IMG/VR virus record: IMGVR_UViG_3300020171_000039
Location: 1 to 52,283 of that record
Strand: one strand, 5' to 3'
DNA from: a virus
Taxonomy: Duplodnaviria; Caudoviricetes
DNA: 52,283 bases
In this document: positions 1-8,432 of the stretch, in pieces
Layout of the letters: each line of letters starts with the position of its first letter
Numbering within the stretch: position 1 is the first letter of the stretch
The notes under the pieces: model-generated
Databases searched by the model: none
The model's input: only the letters and a program-made list of their open reading frames with translations
Told to the model about the DNA's origin: nothing
Translations under genes and position numbers: made by a program

Positions 1-590
1 CGCTCCGTGACGAAGTCGGACAACTGGTGATACCCTCGAATCGCAGCGTCCTCATCCACGCAAGCGAGACGGATGGTCTGGTCGCCCTGGACGATGACGA
101 GGTCGTAGACGCTGCTGGACCGCTCGCCCAAGCCTGCTCTCATGGACTTCTTCTCGATCCGCAGCGTGAGCTTGTCCTCGGCGACCGGATGCTTCAGCGG
201 TTCGATGTCGAACCAGAGCTTACGCATATACGCGTCCTTCGCATCCCACACACCACGTCCCAACCCGCCCGTCAAAAGCCACCGGCTGTGCTCGTCGTAC
301 GCCTTGTCGGACGTGAACCGGTAGACGACCATCTCACCGCCTCGCTCGGGCTGGATGATCTGAAGGATCTCGACGTCACGAGTCTCGACGAGGCTGCGGA
401 GCTTCGAGATGACCTGCTCGAACTCGGAGATGTGGAAGTCGGAGAGGGTGTCCGGACCGTAGAAGAACGTGCTGAATGTCGTCTTGAAGAGCGACGTCGT
501 TCCTCGGACAGCCTGTCCATCACGCGGCCACGTATCGTCGATGAAGGAGAGCTTCCAATCTTCGTTGTTGCGCTTGTCCTTGGTATTCAT
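1..590 (-). CDS. Hypothetical protein, runs off the left edge (MNTKDKRNNEDWKLSFIDDTW...)
   Basis: ATG at 590 after GGAGGG, open to position 1; absent from the ORF track because no stop falls in the window. Confidence 0.75.
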   Translation of the reverse strand, partial: MNTKDKRNNEDWKLSFIDDTWPRDGQAVRGTTSLFKTTFSTFFYGPDTLSDFHISEFEQVISKLRSLVETRDVEILQIIQPERGGEMVVYRFTSDKAYDEHSRWLLTGGLGRGVWDAKDAYMRKLWFDIEPLKHPVAEDKLTLRIEKKSMRAGLGERSSSVYDLVIVQGDQTIRLACVDEDAAIRGYHQLSDFVTE

Positions 591-592
591 GT

Positions 593-919
593 TCAGCCCT
601 CCTTCCCGAACGCTGCTTCGAACTCGGAGACGAAGTGCGCAGCGATTCCCTGCTTCTTGATCTCGGAGCACGGGGTCCAGGTCCCGGTCGTGTGACGGAC
701 GAACTTGATCAAGACCTGGAGCTCGTCCTTGGTCGCCGCTCCGAACCCGAAATTCGGCTGGACATACTCGTAGATGTTGAAGAACGACCGGATCGTATTC
801 AACGCCTTCGAACCCGAGACGAGCTTCGTGGCCTTGGCCGCGTCGACGGCGTTGTAACCGATCCCACAGTTGATCTCGATCCGGCCCTCGTTCTTCGTGA
901 ACTTCATCGTCGTCTTCAT
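593..919 (-). CDS. Hypothetical protein (MKTTMKFTKNEG...)
   Basis: ORF 593..967; likely ATG at 919 preceded by GGAG. Confidence 0.7.
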   Translation of the reverse strand: MKTTMKFTKNEGRIEINCGIGYNAVDAAKATKLVSGSKALNTIRSFFNIYEYVQPNFGFGAATKDELQVLIKFVRHTTGTWTPCSEIKKQGIAAHFVSEFEAAFGKEG

Positions 920-967
920 GGTACACTCCGCAAGGTTGTCATGCTCGCCCAACGCGGACGAGTGCAC

Positions 968-1128
968 GAGTTCCTTGCGAAGATCGGGCCAACTTCGTTG
1001 ATTTCGACGAATAATCGTACATTGATAAGAGACTTCATTGACTTCTCCAACGAAGTCAGAAGACGGACCCAGGGATTAACGGAATCAACGAGTAGGTAAT
1101 TATTGCGTGGTCCGCAATTCTTGCGTGG
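968..1128 (-). promoter_or_regulatory. AT-richer intergenic region with a direct repeat; probable promoter/operator region
   Basis: Non-coding gap; AATTATTGCGTGG (1098-1110) and AATTCTTGCGTGG (1116-1128); inverted GACTTC...GAAGTC. Confidence 0.4.
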
Positions 1129-1332
1129 TTAGGCTTGGAGAAGTTCGAAGCGACGGAGCAGCAGTTTGTCAGCGGCCTTGCGAGCCAGAAGCCTCCCGAG
1201 GTTTCGAGCTCTGCGACTCAGCTCGTCCATGAACGCTTGCTCAAAGGACTGGATGTCCTCGGGTAACAGCTTCCCTTCTGCAACGAGCTTGTCAACGAGC
1301 GGTTTGATCCGCCGGTCCTTCTGCTCTTTCAT
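1129..1332 (-). CDS. Hypothetical protein
   Basis: 67-aa ORF with ATGA overlap to the primase stop. Confidence 0.7.
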   Translation of the reverse strand: MKEQKDRRIKPLVDKLVAEGKLLPEDIQSFEQAFMDELSRRARNLGRLLARKAADKLLLRRFELLQA

Positions 1333-2360
1333 CTCAACCTCCTGATCTCATTCAACAAGCCCGCACACGAAGGAAGGCGACGATCCTGACGGGATGTATC
1401 TGACTTCTTAGACAAGGCCTCGAGACGAAGCCTTATGCTGACTTCCGAGAACGGGTCGTAACGCTCCCGGTTCTCGTACATCCTCCACAACTGAGCCGAG
1501 GTAACCGAGTCAGGATCGTCTCCTTTCTTCTCGAACCAGGCTATACTCGAAGACGCTCCACGAGCATAGAGCGTACGAGCAATCGCTACGGACACATCAG
1601 AAGCGTCGCCGTCGGCCATGGCGATGTACTCCGGGGCATCCAAGGCTACGAGCATATCGAACTGTTGACGGGTGACGTACTTCCCGTACGCTCCGACAAC
1701 GTTCCTGTTGAATACCCGGTCCGCTGCGATCTTCGAGATCGGACCTTCAACGATGACCACCGGCAATCTCGGGTTCAGTCGTCCGTATCCGAACAACTTC
1801 GAAGCCCTCGGGATCGGGACGTTGTAATACTTGTTCTTGTGACCCTTATAGGTCCGCGCAGCCCAGTAGTTCAGCACGCCGTCGTAGCCTTTGTCTGGAA
1901 TGACGATTCGACCTTGGAGGTAGAACTTCTGATCCGGATCGTTGTCTCCGTCCCTGATCCCGTACCACAAGATCTCTTCCTGTGTGAATCGCCTGCTGAG
2001 GAGGTACTGCTGAGCCTCTGCGGAGAGTTTGTCCCGGACCGGGGGGATCGGGCAAGGTACCTCCGCAGGCTCTTGGAGATCCGCGTAGAGTTCGTGAAGC
2101 AGCCTGTCCAGATCTTCGAGAGCATGCTCGACCGTGAACGGAAGGTGTAATGTCTTGAACAGGTACTCGAGATCGCCACCCTTGCGGCATCGTTGACAGA
2201 ACCACTTCCGGTTGTCGGTATTGACGTAGAGACAATGCTTGTGGTCACGCGAGGTGTGCTCGGAGTCGCAGAGCGGACACATGTACCGGATCTCGGTCCG
2301 ACCACCTGGAATCGGGTGTCCGAGTCTTGAGGTCAGCAGGTCTAACGAAGAGTCGCTCAT
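1329..2360 (-). CDS. dnaG: DNA primase (Zn finger plus TOPRIM)
   Basis: CPLC...H...WFCQRC zinc finger, GRIVIP, IVEGP, ADGD and DPD TOPRIM motifs; ATG at 2360 overlaps upstream TGA; near the helicase. Confidence 0.9.
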   Translation of the reverse strand: MSDSSLDLLTSRLGHPIPGGRTEIRYMCPLCDSEHTSRDHKHCLYVNTDNRKWFCQRCRKGGDLEYLFKTLHLPFTVEHALEDLDRLLHELYADLQEPAEVPCPIPPVRDKLSAEAQQYLLSRRFTQEEILWYGIRDGDNDPDQKFYLQGRIVIPDKGYDGVLNYWAARTYKGHKNKYYNVPIPRASKLFGYGRLNPRLPVVIVEGPISKIAADRVFNRNVVGAYGKYVTRQQFDMLVALDAPEYIAMADGDASDVSVAIARTLYARGASSSIAWFEKKGDDPDSVTSAQLWRMYENRERYDPFSEVSIRLRLEALSKKSDTSRQDRRLPSCAGLLNEIRRLR

Positions 2361-2656
2361 AGCACGTTCCGGTCTCGGTGCTTGTACTGGCATCGAGCGA
2401 ACTCGGCTGACCTGAGCAGGCTGCACTGTTGACAATCGAACGAGGCTGGCATGTCGTCAGGAGGTCGGACCTTGCGCTCGTTGAGGAGGGTGTGGTAGAT
2501 CAGACAATCAGGCCAGTCTCGTTCCTTGTCCTCGGCATCACGAAGATCAAGACGACGGAACAGTTCCTTGCCTAGAGCGATCTGAGCAGCCTCGCCGAGG
2601 TCGTGAACCCGAGGCCATCTCTGCGACCTCCAACGGAACATCCCCATGAGAGTCAT
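2357..2656 (-). CDS. Hypothetical protein
   Basis: 99-aa ORF coupled by ATGA overlaps on both sides. Confidence 0.65.
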   Translation of the reverse strand: MTLMGMFRWRSQRWPRVHDLGEAAQIALGKELFRRLDLRDAEDKERDWPDCLIYHTLLNERKVRPPDDMPASFDCQQCSLLRSAEFARCQYKHRDRNVL

Positions 2657-3963
2657 GCTGCCTCCTGTTGTAAGACTTCACGAAAATGCATCCTCGGAAA
2701 GTCGGTACGGATCGTGAACAACTTGTACCTCTTCCCTTTCCTTACCTTGTCGACCCAGATCCGTGCAGTCCCTTCTTCGTACTCCTCAGGACACTGGTTG
2801 TAGGTGATGACGCCGTCGGCCTTGTGGGTCTTGCGCCACGAGTCTCCGATCATGTCTTGGGTGATGACCTGGTTGCGATTGACCGTGGTGAACCGCTGAG
2901 GCTGCGACGCGGTCCAGACCAGGCACTTGAAGTCATCAGCGATCTGCTTCAGGCCTGAGTAAACCGCTCCACCACCGGCGTAGTCGTTCTCTTCCTTGTG
3001 TAAGATCTCGTCGGCGTAGTCGATGATCACCAGACTAGGTCGGATCCCTTCAACGGCTCGGAGCTTCATCAAGTAAGCCCGGATCGTTTCCAGCGACGCA
3101 GCCTTGGACGAATAGTACTTGACTTGAAGACGGAAGCCTCGACTCCGAGCTACATACTCTGTGAATTCGTCAGACCCTGACACGATCTGATCGATCGGGA
3201 CACCTGACAGTCTCGCACAGTACCTGAAGAAGACTTCGTCCTCGTCGAGATCGCCGAGGGTGATGTGGACGACTTCGTACCCGGACTTGACCGAAACAGC
3301 TCCCATGTTCGTCAGCCATACCGACTTGCCTCCGCCCGGAGGTCCGATGATTGTCCACAGCTGACCCCGGGTCGGGCCTCCGTAGGTCAACCTGTCCAAG
3401 GTCGGCATGTACGACCGGATCCGGTGTTCCCTGCTCTGTCCCCGGTCTGCGATCTGGCGGACACGTTCAAGAGCGGTGTACACGTTCGTTCCGAGGTCGG
3501 AGGTGTCTGTGCCGGACAGAACCGCGTCTTGCATGATCTTGTAGATCTCGTCGGCGTCGCCGTCCTTCTTCAGGATGTCGACCGACTTCAGCAGCCCTTC
3601 CTTGACCGACTGGGTCTGTCCGAACTTGCGAACAGTCTCCTTGAGATACTTCGGATCGGGAATGTCGAGGCTGCACAAGTCAACAGTCTGCAACAGGATC
3701 GTGGATTGTTCAGTCGCTGGCATCCTGATCTTGACAAGGTAATCTTCGAGAGCGTTGCGCAGCGTGACTTGATCCGGTGCCTCGTAGTGCTCGTCGTAGT
3801 ACTTGAGAAGGACTCGGGTGATCGTTGACAACCCCGAGGACTCGAAGTACCCGGGCTTGATGATGTCTCTGTACGATCTCAGGAACGACGGATCCTGGAT
3901 CAGCAAGGCTACGATCCGGACCTGGAACTGGATGTCGTACGGGTATTTACCTTGTTCAGCCAC
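2653..3963 (-). CDS. dnaB: Replicative DNA helicase (DnaB/T4 gp41-like, SF4)
   Basis: Walker A GPPGGGKS, VIIDYAD, VWTASQ, DSW.K...AD and KVRKG motifs. Confidence 0.92.
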   Translation of the reverse strand: MAEQGKYPYDIQFQVRIVALLIQDPSFLRSYRDIIKPGYFESSGLSTITRVLLKYYDEHYEAPDQVTLRNALEDYLVKIRMPATEQSTILLQTVDLCSLDIPDPKYLKETVRKFGQTQSVKEGLLKSVDILKKDGDADEIYKIMQDAVLSGTDTSDLGTNVYTALERVRQIADRGQSREHRIRSYMPTLDRLTYGGPTRGQLWTIIGPPGGGKSVWLTNMGAVSVKSGYEVVHITLGDLDEDEVFFRYCARLSGVPIDQIVSGSDEFTEYVARSRGFRLQVKYYSSKAASLETIRAYLMKLRAVEGIRPSLVIIDYADEILHKEENDYAGGGAVYSGLKQIADDFKCLVWTASQPQRFTTVNRNQVITQDMIGDSWRKTHKADGVITYNQCPEEYEEGTARIWVDKVRKGKRYKLFTIRTDFPRMHFREVLQQEAA

Positions 3964-5396
3964 TACAACTCCACTCCTGAGGCCGTGATCGACCGGACTT
4001 GAAGACCTAAGTCCTTGTACAACTGGATCCTCTTCTCGCTATGGCGTTGCAAGTAGAAGTGCGACTCGTGTATGAAGTCGAAGACCGGGAACGTGCCAGG
4101 CGACTCAGATCCTTCCTCTTTACGCATCGCTCGTCCGATCCTCTGCACGACCCTGCGCGCCTTCTTCAGTCCACCACCCATGATCACAGCTCCGAAGTCG
4201 GGGATGTCAACACCTTCGTCCAGCACCGAAGTAGCTACCAGAGCAAGGCCATCGGTGAGGTTGATATACTCTCTGAGAGTTTCCAGATCCCAGGTACCGT
4301 CAACCTTCGAGTCTCCTACGTACCTCAGGATTCGACCACCTCCTGAGTACGCTGCTGCTTGGGTACACAAAGGTTGCATCAACGGGAGTAGCTGGTGCGC
4401 GTGGGTCGTGACACGGTTAACGAAGGTCAACGACTTCGTTCCTTCTTGACTGAGCTGACCTGCGATCTTGGCGATGATGTCGTTTCCTTCTTCGCTCTCA
4501 ACGATCCCGAGCTTGTAGACCTTGTCCCAGTTGCTCGACTTGATACGATCTCCTCGAATCCTAGCGATGTAGATGATCGGCTCAGGTAAGATCCCTCGTT
4601 GGATCAACACGCGCAACGGGACATAGATCAGGACAGGTCCGGTCAGACCGATCAACACCAAGTCTCGGATGCTGTACTCGCCGGGTTCATCGAAGACCGT
4701 GGCAGACAGTCCGAACCTGTACCTCGCCTTGGACTGGGACATGACCGTGGTCCACATTTTGGCTGGGAGGTGGTGGACTTCGTCAACGATCAAGACCTCG
4801 GAGTCTAGCAGGTCTACGACTCGTTCGTCGCCTTTCTTGATCCCGCTGTACAAGGACTGGATCGTGGCTGAGACAACATCAGGTCCTAGATCTTTCTCGT
4901 CGCCGTGATAGATCCCGACCTCGGGAACACCTCGCTTCAGGAACCTCTCTCTACCTTGAGTCGTGATCAGAGCTGACCCAGACAAGAACAAGACCCGGAG
5001 ACCGTGCTGTTCTGTGTACCATCTCGTCGCTGCTGCGGCGATCTCGGTCTTGCCTGACCCAGTCGGAAGTTCAACGAGGCCTCGTCCTTGCAAGAGCATC
5101 TTCTTGGTCGCTGCGATCTGGTAGTCGTATGGAACGATCCCTTTGAACAACGGGACCAAGTCTTCGGTCGAGACCTCGGCTCGGATCAGGTCGTCGGGAT
5201 ACTCGACCTCGACATCGTCCAATAGCTCCGAGACCAGCGGGATCAACCCTGACAAGATCTGTCCTTCATCTGTCGACATCAGCTGATCGGCTCCGGAAGC
5301 ATCCTCGGGGTCGAGGTTTAGCTTAGCTCTGAGATCGTTGAGCTCCCAGTACTCACCATCGATCTCTGATACCCGGTCTCCGTATTCGATCAGCAC
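3963..5396 (-). CDS. uvsW: SF2 DNA helicase (UvsW-like)
   Basis: YDYQ, LPTGSGKT, DEVHH, GLSAT, EGVDIP and QRIGR motifs. Confidence 0.85.
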   Translation of the reverse strand: MLIEYGDRVSEIDGEYWELNDLRAKLNLDPEDASGADQLMSTDEGQILSGLIPLVSELLDDVEVEYPDDLIRAEVSTEDLVPLFKGIVPYDYQIAATKKMLLQGRGLVELPTGSGKTEIAAAATRWYTEQHGLRVLFLSGSALITTQGRERFLKRGVPEVGIYHGDEKDLGPDVVSATIQSLYSGIKKGDERVVDLLDSEVLIVDEVHHLPAKMWTTVMSQSKARYRFGLSATVFDEPGEYSIRDLVLIGLTGPVLIYVPLRVLIQRGILPEPIIYIARIRGDRIKSSNWDKVYKLGIVESEEGNDIIAKIAGQLSQEGTKSLTFVNRVTTHAHQLLPLMQPLCTQAAAYSGGGRILRYVGDSKVDGTWDLETLREYINLTDGLALVATSVLDEGVDIPDFGAVIMGGGLKKARRVVQRIGRAMRKEEGSESPGTFPVFDFIHESHFYLQRHSEKRIQLYKDLGLQVRSITASGVEL

Positions 5397-5400
5397 GAGA

Positions 5401-5705
5401 TCACTTCTCCTCCGCTTCCATCTCGGCGCGGGCCTGGGCTAGGTAGTGCCTGACCTTCTCTTCCGCTCCGGGATCGAATTTCTCGAAGCCCATGGCGACC
5501 AACGGACTGCACGCCATCTCCAATGCCCTTCTGGCCTTCTCTGCCTCCCCTCCAACTCCTCGTACGCGTCGGCCACGTCCTCGACGGCGCACACGAGATC
5601 GTGATCTGGCCGCATGAATTCAAAGGCGATAGCATGTGCCCTCAGTTTGTGAAGCGCCGCCTCACAAATCCGCCTCGCCTCGTCGCGCTCTGCCTGGGTC
5701 TTCAT
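5401..5705 (-). pseudogene. Small hypothetical gene with an apparent 1-nt frameshift at a G4 run
   Basis: ORFs 5439..5705 and 5401..5592 join into ...AYEELEGEAEKARRALEMAC... if one G is added at 5547-5550. Confidence 0.45.
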
Positions 5706-6055
5706 GGGGCCTCCAGTTGGGTGACTGCGTCCAGTGCATCAAGTGTCCGTTGCGTCTTCAGGCAGAGGAAGATCATCTGCAAAGCATCTTGCGGTACCCT
5801 CAGTTCACGGATGAAGTTCCCTGCGTTTCGTGCCGCATCCCGCAGCCTCTCCACCTCCCCCCTCGCCTCGTCCAGCTCGGAGCGGGGGATGAACTCGCAC
5901 AGGACAGCCCCGTGCGCATCTGCCATAGCGCTTGGGTCTGTGTCCACCGCCAGGAAAACCATGTCGGCCCCCATGGGTACCAGCTTTCCATTTACGTGGA
6001 CATACTCCACCCGCCCATCTGGCCACTTCCGCATCACCGCCCAAAGACTAGCCAT
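5702..6055 (-). CDS. Hypothetical protein (MASLWAVMRKWPDG...)
   Basis: ATG at 6055 after GGGAGG; ATGA overlap with the next gene. Confidence 0.65.
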   Translation of the reverse strand: MASLWAVMRKWPDGRVEYVHVNGKLVPMGADMVFLAVDTDPSAMADAHGAVLCEFIPRSELDEARGEVERLRDAARNAGNFIRELRVPQDALQMIFLCLKTQRTLDALDAVTQLEAP

Positions 6056-6330
6056 GGTTGCCTCCCAGCCTCCTGGATATGTACACAAGAGAGGTCCTCT
6101 GGAACGTCTACTGGTGCGAAGAACTCGCTTTGGACTGGTCGAAAGGATCCGACGGGTTCGACCAGTCCTCCGTCGGTGACACCAGAGCACCTCTCTTATG
6201 AATGAAGACGAACAACAATCCAATCTCCCCCTTCCTCAATAAGGCCGTAGGATCTACGGTGACAGCCTGTCGCCTGGTGAGCTCTGGTCTTCTTCGGAAG
6301 ACGAAACTAACCATTGGGCAGGAACTAGAC

Positions 6331-6351
6331 TTCATGAGGATTCCTCATGAA
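6331..6351. promoter_or_regulatory. Perfect inverted repeat TTCATGAGGA-T-TCCTCATGAA (operator-like or hairpin)
   Basis: 10-bp arms with a 1-nt spacer, read directly; lies at the structural/replication module boundary. Confidence 0.5.
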
Positions 6352-6357
6352 TAAGTT

Positions 6358-6615
6358 CTAGGGATCAGACGGATCAGGGATCTGTCCGATCTTGACCAGG
6401 TACTCTCCAGCTTGAGAGAGTAACTCTACGAGCAGAGGCAAGTCATGAGGCTTGAGGTTCGTGCCTCGTCGAAACTCTCCGCCTTGTCGGATCCTTCGGT
6501 AGATCACGGTGTCGTAGTAGACCCTGGAGTCGATCTCGTTGCGATAGACAGCTACGAGGATCTGGCCCTTGCCGTAGGATCGTTCTCTGATGGAGCTACT
6601 CTTGGAGCGGTTCAA
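6358..6615 (-). CDS. Small protein, possible PC4/Whirly-like ssDNA-binding fold
   Basis: TTG start with GGAGG; VAVYRN...YYDTVIYR...GEFR...DLPLL pattern recalled from small PC4-like proteins. Confidence 0.5.
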   Translation of the reverse strand: MNRSKSSSIRERSYGKGQILVAVYRNEIDSRVYYDTVIYRRIRQGGEFRRGTNLKPHDLPLLVELLSQAGEYLVKIGQIPDPSDP

Positions 6616-8422
6616 CCGGATCCTCCGGACGAATATGGATCTTGGCTTCGGTCAACCTTCTGTCGTACTCGCCTCGGACCAGTCTTGTGGGTAACGGCTC
6701 TTTCTGTCCTGCAGCCATCACCTTCGACCTCCGGAATACCTCGTTCAACAACTTCCCGATCGGAGCAGAGGTCTCCGAAGCTAGTTGGTTCTTGACAGCT
6801 TTCTTGAACGTCGATGTCACGTCCTCGGTCAGATCCTCGGGCTTGGCTCGGATAATCTTCATGATCGAAGCATAATCAGGACCCGGTCCAGGTTCTTCGG
6901 GTACCTCGTCTTCTGGTTCCTCCGGCTCCGGACCAGGCTGCTCCGGCTCTGCAAACACCGGCGCAGGGGATTCTGAGCCTCCGAGGTCTGGGCCTTCTCC
7001 GGGCACGTCTTGGATCGGTCCGAATCTCTCGATCTCGTCGTCAGAGAATCCGAGTAGCGACTTGAGGAGATAGCCTCCCCACTCCTGCTGTCTCAGACCC
7101 AGAGCTGTCCCGACGTCCAACGACCGCTCAATCACATCCAACGTAGTCTGCATCACCTCAAGTCGTTGGAGCAGCTCGATAGGAGACGGTGGGACCATGC
7201 AGACCTTGAACGTTCCTTTGCTCACGGACAAGTCAAGCAAAGCCAGGTGGATCTGGAGGATCCTCGAGATCCCTGCCATGACGTCACGTTGTAGCCTCGA
7301 AGCCTGACGACCGAACTGTACCGATCTCCACGAGAATGCTCTGCCACCTTCCTCTGCTGACTCCCCGAACCCGAACCACTCCTTCTTCGCTCGCATCGAA
7401 GCGTAGAGCTGGTCGTAGAACAGGTCCATGTCGTAGGCTGCGTAGATGTTCGGCATCCCCGGCGTCGTCTCGATTCGTGACTGCGACCCGTCCCATGTCG
7501 GCCAGATCAGATCTTCGGTCAGGCCCAGCGGATTCCACATCACATCGAACTCGCCCGAGTCGGGATTCTTGTAGACCGTGCGTCGCATCGCTGCTTTCCA
7601 ACGACCGAGCTTCTGGAACATCTCCATCTCGGTCGAACGGGTCCCGACGTCGACCATGATGTTTCGACGATCCAGAGTGTTCGATAGTCTGTAGACCATC
7701 AACATGTCCGAAGCGGTTCGGACCTGTTTCAGCGGACGTTGGGTGTTCTTCAGGATCGAGGTTCCGTAGAGTTCGCGAGTGTCTCGTTCCCGGTCTCGAG
7801 TCGTGACTGTTGTACGTCTGAGTCTGATGTGAACAAAGTCCCAGGGCTTGTACAACTCTTCGAGGTCGTCGACGTCCCAGCTCCGTCGCAATCCTGTGTC
7901 GTCGTAGAAGTGACCCAGGAGTGTCCCGTCTTCGGTCTCGACACGCTCGTAGTTGCGGGGATGCTTCCACTCGACCGCTGTGACTCCAACTCCGGGCTCG
8001 CCATGGACCCGAGCTGGGAGGTCTCCTAGGGTCGCCGAGTCTCGGATGATCGCGTAGATCTCGTCGTTGATCTCGAGGTTCTCGAGACACGTGTTGAGGA
8101 CGGACTGGATCCCTTCGTCTGGAGCCTCGACCCAGATCGACAACCCCGAGTCAGGATCTTCCTGAGTCGCTTCTTCTGCGTAGGCGTCTAACACGCCGGA
8201 AACCTCGGGCCAGTTGTCGAGTTCTTCGTAGACCTCGTACAACTCACGACGTTTGTCTGCCTGGTCCGCCATGAATCCGCGGTACCTCTCGACTCTGGAC
8301 TTGATCTGCTCGACGTCGTAATCTCCGAGCTCCTTGTCCTGAGGAGTCCTGATAGCTCTTGAGGCGCTCGATGGAGCGAATAGTCGAGCTAATCGAGCTC
8401 TGAAAGTGTTGTTCGAGAGCAT
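6596..8422 (-). CDS. gp20: Portal protein (T4 gp20-like)
   Basis: YEELDNWPEVSGVLD.YAEEA, YGTSIL, MVYRL...DRR..MVDVG, EDLIWP and IETTPG motifs; acidic Pro-rich C-terminal linker. Confidence 0.9.
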   Translation of the reverse strand: MLSNNTFRARLARLFAPSSASRAIRTPQDKELGDYDVEQIKSRVERYRGFMADQADKRRELYEVYEELDNWPEVSGVLDAYAEEATQEDPDSGLSIWVEAPDEGIQSVLNTCLENLEINDEIYAIIRDSATLGDLPARVHGEPGVGVTAVEWKHPRNYERVETEDGTLLGHFYDDTGLRRSWDVDDLEELYKPWDFVHIRLRRTTVTTRDRERDTRELYGTSILKNTQRPLKQVRTASDMLMVYRLSNTLDRRNIMVDVGTRSTEMEMFQKLGRWKAAMRRTVYKNPDSGEFDVMWNPLGLTEDLIWPTWDGSQSRIETTPGMPNIYAAYDMDLFYDQLYASMRAKKEWFGFGESAEEGGRAFSWRSVQFGRQASRLQRDVMAGISRILQIHLALLDLSVSKGTFKVCMVPPSPIELLQRLEVMQTTLDVIERSLDVGTALGLRQQEWGGYLLKSLLGFSDDEIERFGPIQDVPGEGPDLGGSESPAPVFAEPEQPGPEPEEPEDEVPEEPGPGPDYASIMKIIRAKPEDLTEDVTSTFKKAVKNQLASETSAPIGKLLNEVFRRSKVMAAGQKEPLPTRLVRGEYDRRLTEAKIHIRPEDPVEPLQE

Positions 8423-8432
8423 CTAGGTCCTC

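Noticed and set aside
6108-6335. 75-aa minus-strand ORF
   Set aside because: No clear RBS, start lies inside the palindrome and the sequence is atypical; probably intergenic
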